This document shows positions 55,184 through 64,000 of a stretch of DNA of 64,000 bases, in pieces. The notes under the pieces were generated by a model. The model had not been told where the DNA came from, did not search any database, and saw only the letters and a program-made list of their open reading frames with translations. Source of the DNA: Chrysomallon squamiferum (lineage: Eukaryota; Animalia; Mollusca). Numbering within the stretch: position 1 is the first letter of the stretch; every line of letters starts with the position of its first letter. Made by a program: the position numbers and the translations under genes. The stretch is taken from assembly GCA_012295275.1 (NCBI GenBank), contig CM022678.1:19158001-19222000 (forward strand), given 5' to 3'.

Positions 55184-57686
55184 TTACAAATTGACGTCAC
55201 CATCAACAAGAAGTGGAAAAGTTTCGAAAAGCCAGTCCACTGCACTTTTGTCGTCTGATTCGTCTGGCGGAGTTTTTCCTGTTTTGAAATTGTTCAGTTC
55301 AGTGATAGAGTGAGTCTCTCCTGATTTCAAGCATACAATCATCATTTTCTCATTCTTCGTAGCAGTTGCTATTGCCAAATCAATCACCTGTTTCCAGTGT
55401 GTGTTTGGAGGGTCGGAATTAACAACTAGAACAATGCATCGAATAAGAGGCATCAGTCGTTTGTAAAAATAGATATCATCCATTCCTTCAAACGAAAGTT
55501 CATCATTCCTCGTGACTTCAAGACCTGTGTAGTGTTTAAGAATCTCCTGAATCTTCTTTGACATCTCAGATTTTTTACAGTCGTCTTTGTCATGCAGAAT
55601 CATGATATCAGCGCCATTTATTTCACCTTCTTTGTTCGTTTTGTAATAGAACGCAAAAATCCTTCTGAAACAAGACGTAGCTTTGCTCGGTGACTCGTCT
55701 CTTGATAGGATATGCTGTGCTGTTTTCAGGTAAACTCGACTGACGAGAAGAAAAGGAATATAATCAGCTTGTTGCGTACCCATCAACAGAATTATACAGA
55801 ATCTGGCCTTTTCGTATTCTTGTCGATCAAGATAGTTCTCTGTAGATCCAATCCAGTGTTCAGGTCCCTGATACCGGTTTTTAATATTCTCATAAACCGG
55901 AAGAGTACGGCCCAATTCACTGATCATACTGTAAACATCTTTAACTTGCCACGGTATATCTACTCCACGTGGACCTTTCGTTTGCTTCAGCAAATCAGTT
56001 ACTGTTCTGAAATGAGTGCGATATTTGTACAGCACCTCGATCGCAGAAACTTCTATAGCAAGAATTTTATAGTTTATTTCTTCTTTCCTCAGCCGAGCCT
56101 GTTCATCTGGAGAAAGTAATGGACTTTTTCCTTTTTCAAAAGAGATAACACCCATTGTCTTCAAAGCAGCAACTTCATTGAACGGACTGGTATCAAGTTC
56201 TTCTCTTTCTATTATATCCGTTAGAACCTCTTCAGCGTCTTCGTAACATTTTCTGCTCATGTAAGCAGAAGCCAAGTCAAGTATAGCACTATAATTTTCG
56301 CCGTGTGTTATATCAACGGACTGTTTTAGATACTTAATCGCACGCTGAAATGTTCTCGGGTTGCTTTCATTTTTCGCTTTTCTCAGCAGAACTTTTCCCA
56401 GGTTTTGAAGAGCATATCCTGTCGGCCGAAGCCTCACTGACTCTTCTAACAATCTCTCAGCGTCATGCACTTGCCTTCTGTTTAGGAAATGCTTACCGCA
56501 GCTTGCAAGTACAAAAGGGTCCTGCTTATCTAAATCAAGAGCTTTCTGGAAATATTCCTCGCACGAAAGCAGCGTTGTTTGTTGCTTAAACCTTTCTACC
56601 ACAATTTCATCATCAAATGGTGTTTTTTTTAATTCAAACCGAGTCGCGAATTCCCCGAGCTCAGCAAACGCCATCGCATTAAACGGTTCTAGTCCCTTAC
56701 TGCCGACTTCTTCTAGCACTTTACAGCATCTAACAGCGTATTCAACGATATCGATATCAGTATTAAACGAGTAGCTTTGAATGGACATAGTTCGTCTAAG
56801 TGTTAGACCCTCTCCAAATTTCCATTCGTATTCTTCTGGATATTTCTCGTTTACTTTTCTGTACAGCTCCACAGACTTTAGATAAGAAGCTGGTGAAATC
56901 CGAGCGTAGCAATAAGCAAGTTCAGCTTCAGCTACAGCACGCATTCTTTCAACGTCTCCCTTCAGGTTTTCCAGTTCAATTAATTCTGATTCAGCAGAAA
57001 ACGCACACGGTTTGCACGAGCAACAATGTTAGTAGGGTCTCGACGACGGACTTCTAAATTTGTCTCGATTGCCTTGTCTTGATCTCCTAGCAAAAACTGC
57101 ATGAAGGAAATAAAATTGACGTCTCGATTTCTTTCCATCAAACTCTGTTTCTCTTCTTCCGGTTCTCGTTGTAACTTTAAAAGTATTTTTTCTCTACGTT
57201 GTTTAGTGCAGAGCATGAGATCTGTGAGATGAAAGGAGTGAGGAAACGATTCCAGTCTATTTTCCAAGGAAATGTCCTCATCCGTAGCTGAAAAATAAAA
57301 TCTACATAATTGCAGATTTCTGAAAGAATAAGTTCGGGGGTAAAGTGCCTTTCTAAAGGTAAGATGTTCGAAATTGTTTTCTTTTTAAATTGCAGATTCG
57401 TAGTCACATAATGCTTCATTTACTGAATGTCTCTCTCGCTATCTTTTTTGTATAAATATGTGTGTGTCTGCGTATGTCTGTGTTTTTATTCAGATGTCTG
57501 AATATAAATGCCTGTAAGAGAGAGAATAACGTGTTTATATAAAAAAGTAGAACAGTTTCGCCTGAAGCAGTAATGCAACAAAATACAATTGTTTCATTAT
57601 CATTGTAACTAGTATTTCTCACCAATTTTTATCCTTGCAAAATCCGCTTCTAATGACGTTGTGCTGTGCGGTTTCTTCGCAGCCAT
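55184..57686 (-). pseudogene. Copy H: near-identical to A but frameshifted
   Basis: Exon 1 is 57623-57686 and exon 2 starts at 57287. A 22-nt deletion at about 56995 shifts the frame. The 586-aa ORF downstream is almost identical to A. Confidence 0.85.
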
Positions 57687-58792
57687 TATCCTGAAAGAAA
57701 GTTATACAATATTTTAGTAATTTCATTTTTCCAGTGTATTGAACATTATACATTTATGTCTATGTTTGGGTCACAGAATAATCAACTAAATTGCATGCGT
57801 CTCGATTTTAAAATTAATGAAGAACAATGAAAATATTCTATAAAAATGTAAATAAAAATTAGAACAATAAAAAGAAAGAAAGAAAGAAAGGAAACTGAAA
57901 AACGAAGAAAAAAGAAACATTTGATCACCCTTAAATCAGTACTAACTTCATTAGGCTATCAAAATCTTATTGGTTCCACAAAAACATTGCCTTGGATTTA
58001 TGAGTAGTTTCCTTTTCTAAAACGGTAATGTTATGTTTAGGTTTGACTATAAAACTAAATATTTTTATTTCGAAAGCAGATTCAAACCGATACAGGGTTG
58101 CTTATGATTCCGATTATGATAATTATTATTATTATTGTTATTACCATTATTATTATTATTATTTTTGGTATTAGTATTATTATTTTCTTTCTATCTTTTT
58201 TTCTTTTTACTTTTTTCTTTTTCCAGTCTACTAACCACTACACATCCACCTCTAAATCATAAAATTACCAGAAATCATTCACATAAAAAATTTCATCATT
58301 GACACAGTTTTCTCTCTTGTAGAAAAAAACAACAACAAATGGATAGAGCATTTTAAGAACAATTCCATTATGTACAGATAAGTAGACACAAACAGTATAT
58401 ATGTATATATACATATTTATATATGTAAGTCATATCATATCATGTATCAAATTACAGAAAAGCCGTAGTATTTACGTTGTCATTCTGTCGCTGTAGATAA
58501 CACAAATTTCATTTCAAGCATAAAGTTTTTGAAAAACATACTAAAATAACAGTAGACTTTCTATATAACTATATACGTGGATTTCATTTTTGAAATATAC
58601 AGCAGTAAAATCTGATTTTTCTATTTTCCGACTTCATCCTCATATTCTTAAATCAAAAATTAACTATAATTATTAATGTTGTTATTGTCATTGTTCTTAA
58701 TCTTCATATGACTATTATTATTACTTTTCTGATTAATATTATTATTAGTAGTAGTGTCTGCAGCAGCATCACTTGGTTCACAATTAGGAAAT

Positions 58793-61079
58793 TTACAAAC
58801 TGACGTCAGCATTAACAAGAAGTGGAAAAGTTTCCAGCAGCCAGTCCACTGCAGCTTTGTCGTCTGCTTCGTCTGGTGGAGTTTTTCCTGTTTTGAAATC
58901 ATTCAGTTCAGTGACTTGGTGAGTCTCAACTGATATCAAGCATACAGCCATCATCTTCTCCTTCTTCGTAGCAGTTGCTATTGTCAAATCAATTACCTGT
59001 TTCCAGTGTGTGTTTGGAGTGTCGGAATTAACAACCACAACAATGCATCGAATACGAGGCATCATTTGTTCGTAGAAAGAGATTTCATTCATTCCTTCAA
59101 AGGCAAGCTCGTCATTTCTCGTGACTTTCAGACCGGTATAATTTTGCAGAATTTCCTGAATTTTTATTGTAATCTGAGATATTTTCCAGTCGTCTTTGTC
59201 ATGGAGAATCATGACGTCAGCACCATTTATTTCATCTTCTTTCTTCGCTTTGTAATAGAATGTAAAAATCCTTCTGAAACAAGGCCAAGCTCTAATCGGC
59301 GACTGGCCTCTTGATAACATGTGCTCTGCTGTTTTCAGATAAATTCGACTGACGAGAGGAAAAGGAACGTGATCAGCTTGTTGCGTACCTATCAGCAGAC
59401 TTACACACAGTCTGGCATTTTCGTATTTTTGTTGATTGAGATATTCCTCTGTAATTCCAATCCAGTCTTGTGATCCCAGATTTCGGTTCTGAATCTTTTC
59501 ATAAATTGGAAGAGATCGTGCGAATTTATTGATCATAGAGTAGACATTTTTAACTTGCCACGGTATTTTTACTCCATGTGGACCATCCGTTTGCTTCAGC
59601 AAATCTGTCACGGTTCTAAAATGAGTTCGATATTTGTACAGCACTTCTGTTGCAGAAGCTTCTAGAGCAAGAATTTTGTAATTCATTTCTTCTTTCTTCA
59701 GCCGAGCCTGTTCCTCTGGAGAAAGTCTCCAATTTTTACCTTTATCAAAATAGATAAAACTCATATTTTTCAATGCCTTAATTTCTAGGAATGGATCCGT
59801 ATTAGAATCGGCTGTTTCTGTTACAATGTTGAAGTGCTGTTCAGCATCTTCGCAGCATTTTTTACTCATGTAAGCTAAAGCCAAGTCATACTCTGCAGGA
59901 TAATTGTCTGTTATTTCAACCGCCTCCTTTAGACAGTGAATAGCACGATCTAATGTTTCCGGGTTATTTTGTTTTCTCGCTTTTTTCCGCAGAACCTTTC
60001 CCAGCTGATGAAAAGCTTTCGTTGCTCGCGTACGACTAACTGACTGTTGTAACATTGTCTCAGCCTTATCCACTTGCTGTGTGTTTAGAAAATTCTTAGC
60101 GCACCTTACAAGTATAAAATCGTCGTCTTTGCCTAACTCAAGAGCTTTCTGGAAATATTCCTTACGCGAAAGCAGTCCAGTTTCCTGCTGCACCTCTTCT
60201 ACCAGCTTTTTATCTTCGAATGGCGTCCATCTTACTTCAAGCAGTTTTGCTAAATCCCCGAGCTCGGCATAGCCACAGCATTCAGTGGTTCTGGTCCGTT
60301 ACTGCTGACTTCTTGTAGCAGTTTACAGCATCTAACAGCGTATTCAACCACATCGATACCTGACTGAACTGAATAGCTCTGAAAGGACAGAAATCGTCTA
60401 AGTGTTAGACCCTCTCGATATTTCCACTCGAATTCGTCTGGACATTTCTTATTTACTTTTCTGTACAGCTCCAGAGCCTTTCGATAAGACGCTGGTGATA
60501 GTCGAGCATAGCAATAAGCAAGTTCAGCTTCAGCTACAGCTCGCATTCTGTCCAGGTCTCCCTCCAAGTTTTCCAATTCCTCTAATACTGATTCAGCAGA
60601 ACGCTTATCCTGTTTTATCAGAAATCGCACACGGTTTGCACGAGCAACAATGTTATTAGGGTCACGATCACAGACTTTTAAATTTATCTCGATTGCCTTG
60701 TCTCGATCTCCTAGCAAAAACAGCAAGAACGAAATAAAATTGTCGAGACGAGTTTTGTGTGTCTTTTCGCTTGGTTGATTTCCCACTGAAGTAGGTATGT
60801 CTTCTTCCCGTTGTTCTAACTTTTTAAGTAATGTTTCTCTCCTCTGTTTTGTGCAGAACATGAGATCTGTGAGATAAAAGGAGTGAGGAAATGATTGTAA
60901 TCTCTTTTCGAAGGCCGTATCCTCATCCGAACCTGAAAAAAAAGAAGATAAAATTAAGTGACGTGAATTTTCTGAAGCAAAAGTCTTTTCTAAAAATATA
61001 AGTTCGATTTTTGTTTATTTTTTATTTTATTTTTATTATTAAACTGACGATGAGCAATGATAATATATTGTTTTTACCG

Positions 61080-61176
<97 letters not shown>

Positions 61177-61388
61177 ATTATGTGTGTGTGGTTGTTTGCT
61201 AGTATTTTTGAGTAGATATCTCTATGCAGATATATGTGAAAGAGAGAATAACGTGTTTATAAAAGTAACCAGAGTAATGTAACATCAACGTGTAATTCTA
61301 CATAATACGGATCCTGATTAATATTTCTTACCACCAATATTTATCCTGGCGAAACCCGTATCTATCGATGTTGTACTTTGCTCTTTTC
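58793..61388 (-). pseudogene. Copy I: paralog lacking the start codon, with a 1-nt frameshift
   Basis: The exon-1 remnant 61332-61388 lacks ATGACTACGAGAAT relative to B. Exon 2 starts at 60932. There is a 1-nt deletion at about 60272 (gtggc-tatgcc versus atggcgtatgcc). The 466-codon 3' ORF is open and D-like. Confidence 0.8.
61083..61172. repeat. (CT)n microsatellite in the intron of copy I
   Basis: Directly visible. Confidence 0.95.
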
Positions 61389-61699
61389 CTAAAAGTATGT
61401 AATAAAATGTTTTTGCAATATTATAAATCTTTTAGCTATATTGTACATCATCCATTTAAAAAGCCGTGGATAAGAAGTAAATACTAGTAATAAATAGAAA
61501 ATAAATAAATAAAAAATTAAGAAACAAATCCAAAGAGAAAGAAATTGAAAGAACACATTTTTTCTCAAAATATTGTAATAAAAAAAATATCTAAATAAAT
61601 AAATAAATATGAACATTACTGTATTTCTACTTTTAACCTAAAAACACAACGACATCTACAGATTATACACTCTTAATTAGTTTCAACAGCTATCTTGAG

Positions 61700-61790
61700 C
61701 GTTATCAATCGATGTATGATAATACAGAAACAGAAACGGGTGGGTGAATCTAGGTCACTGAAATATGTAAGAAACATAGCGAGTATGAAC
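61700..61790 (-). promoter_or_regulatory. Conserved upstream block with IRF-like GAAACAGAAAC (61727-61737), copy I
   Basis: Reverse complement of the block at about 11130-11210. Further copies occur at about 62380-62440 and about 63650-63700 (GAAAGAGAAAC 63674-63684). Confidence 0.45.
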
Positions 61791-62917
61791 ACCGGGGAGA
61801 AGTAATAGTTATTTACAGATTAATTTGTAGTTGGATTTTTTCTTTTTTCTGTAATGTTAAGCACTTGTAGCTGTCTATGCTTGGGTCACAGAATAAAATG
61901 CTTAAAAAGAAATAAAGTAAAAAGCAAAAAATAAATGTTTCGCCTAACCCTTATCTAAATACTAATTGTATGATGCCACCTAAATCTTCCTGGTTCCCAA
62001 AACATTTACATGGATTTACGAGTAGTTTCTTTCTTGTGTGTTTGTATATTACACTTCCTTATAGTGTATACCTCTTAATAGTCAATAAACTGTTCGTGAA
62101 TTATAGCTTTATTTTAATGGACAGTAAAGCATCTCATCGGAAAAACACACTGACTGATATTTCATTGTAGTGAATAATAATCAATAATAATAATAATAAC
62201 AATAATAATAATAATAATATTGTTCGTTTCTAATAGTTACTTTTTTTTTTCAGTAATTTGAAATAAGTCCTAATCTATACTTATCTCATTTTTGTAATTT
62301 TTACCTGTTAACACTAGCAGGCCCAGCAGTTCTACGTTCTTATTCACCTGTGTCAGCTGACATGAGTCACCTATTTGAATATCAGCCGATATATAACAAT
62401 ACAGAAACAGTGACGGGTGTGTGAAATTAGGTCAGTGAAAAACGCAACAAGTAAATCGAGTAAAGAGTCCATTAACATGTAATAAAAATTTGTAAAGCAG
62501 TTTGTAGTGGGATATTTTGTTTTTGTATTTGTACTGTTTCGAGGATTCAGAGCTGTGTAGTGTTTGAGTCAGATAATAATCGAAGAAATGACATGCGTCT
62601 ATATTTTAAAATTAATAAAACAAAAAAGAAAATAATTAATGAAATAAAAAATATTAACGAAGAAAATGTACGAGTTGATCTGATATAAATATTAAATTTT
62701 ATTTGCCCACCAAAATCTTACTGTTTTCTGATCGATTTACGTGATCTTATTACTTATGAGCCAAACTGATTTTAATTTAATTTCTATAGCAGGAGAAAAT
62801 CACCGTAAAAGCCATATAAGGAATGTTTCCTAATACGGTAATCGTACGTGTAGGTTTAAATATTAAAGAAAACATTCTTATCGGGAAAGCTATATCAAAT
62901 TCATGAACGCGTTTATT

Positions 62918-63010
<93 letters not shown>

Positions 63011-63375
63011 GTTACTATTATTATTATTCTTAATTTTTTTTTTGTACGAAATTTAGCAATTTAGCGAACGTGACTAAGCAAACTGAAAAGACGAATTAGT
63101 AATTTTTGTGGAATTATAAAAAATAAGTTGAATATTCGTCCAGCAAATTTATTTTGTTTGTGTAACTAGATACTGAATTAATCAACGCATATGCAAATGT
63201 AATATTAAATACTGAAAAATAAAGCTTACTTTCTATATTTACCTAAACTAGCTACGAAAGGAAAGTACTCGTGACTAATTTTCGTGGAATTAGAGATGTA
63301 GGGCAAATATTCGGTTCAACGAACACATTAAAAAATACCATGCCTACTGTGCGAAAACGGTTTCCAGGAAATAAT

Positions 63376-63407
<32 letters not shown>

Positions 63408-64000
63408 TAATAATAATAATAACAATAATAATACAATAGTAATAATAATAATCAGATGAGGATAAGCAGCAGTGTAATAACAACTAAAACAAAATAAAAT
63501 ATTTCGATTCTCATAGTTCACGTCAGATTCGCTCGCATGAAATAATCCCAACCTACATTTCTACTTTTTAATCTAATAACAGTAGGACTCCCAAATATTC
63601 TTCATGCTATTCACTTTGATCAGCCTGTATGAATTAAAACTATCACAACTATGAGCCGATATATAACAATACAGAAAGAGAAACGAGTGTGTGAAATTAG
63701 CACGTTGATATGTGCAAGAAATGTGCAATTAAATATAAATTAAAAAAGTAATTTAAAAACAAAAGAGAAAAGAAAAAAGAAGAAAAAAGCCATTTTTCCC
63801 TTTATATAATACAAATTTGTATAAGGATATCACAATTTTACTGGTTACAAAAACTTCTCATAGATTTACATGTTTCTGAGATAAGGTTGAATGTTCAGTT
63901 AAGTTGTTATGTTATTTGTTTCTTGGGTATTTCCATATTATACTTCATTGTAGGTAGTTGTTACGTATAAATCAGCTAACTGTTCGTGAATCATCGATAT

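Overview
AT-rich, microsatellite-rich eukaryotic genomic DNA. It is probably an invertebrate such as a mollusc, but that is only an inference from composition. The window is a multigene cluster with nine copies (called A-I here) of one gene. Each copy has a 64-nt ATG exon, a phase-1 intron of about 280-400 nt and one coding exon of about 2.1 kb. The product is about 720-730 aa, with an IFIT/TTC22-like N-terminal TPR solenoid and a C-terminal TIR/SEFIR-like domain. Three copies look intact: A 6752-9275 +, D 23601-26070 + and G 49331-51821 -. Six are disrupted: B, C, E, F, H and I. All copies left of a 200-N gap (34940-35139) are on +, and all copies right of it are on -. About 26.1-34.9 kb is the reverse complement of about 39.7-49.3 kb, so this is either a large palindrome or two divergent haplotypes scaffolded tail-to-tail. 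Upstream regions share a TATA/short non-coding exon module and a block with ISRE/IRF-like motifs. Most notable: a candidate IFIT-like RNA sensor fused to a TIR-like signalling domain, in a birth-and-death immune-type array. All family assignments were made by eye and from remembered sequences, with no database search.
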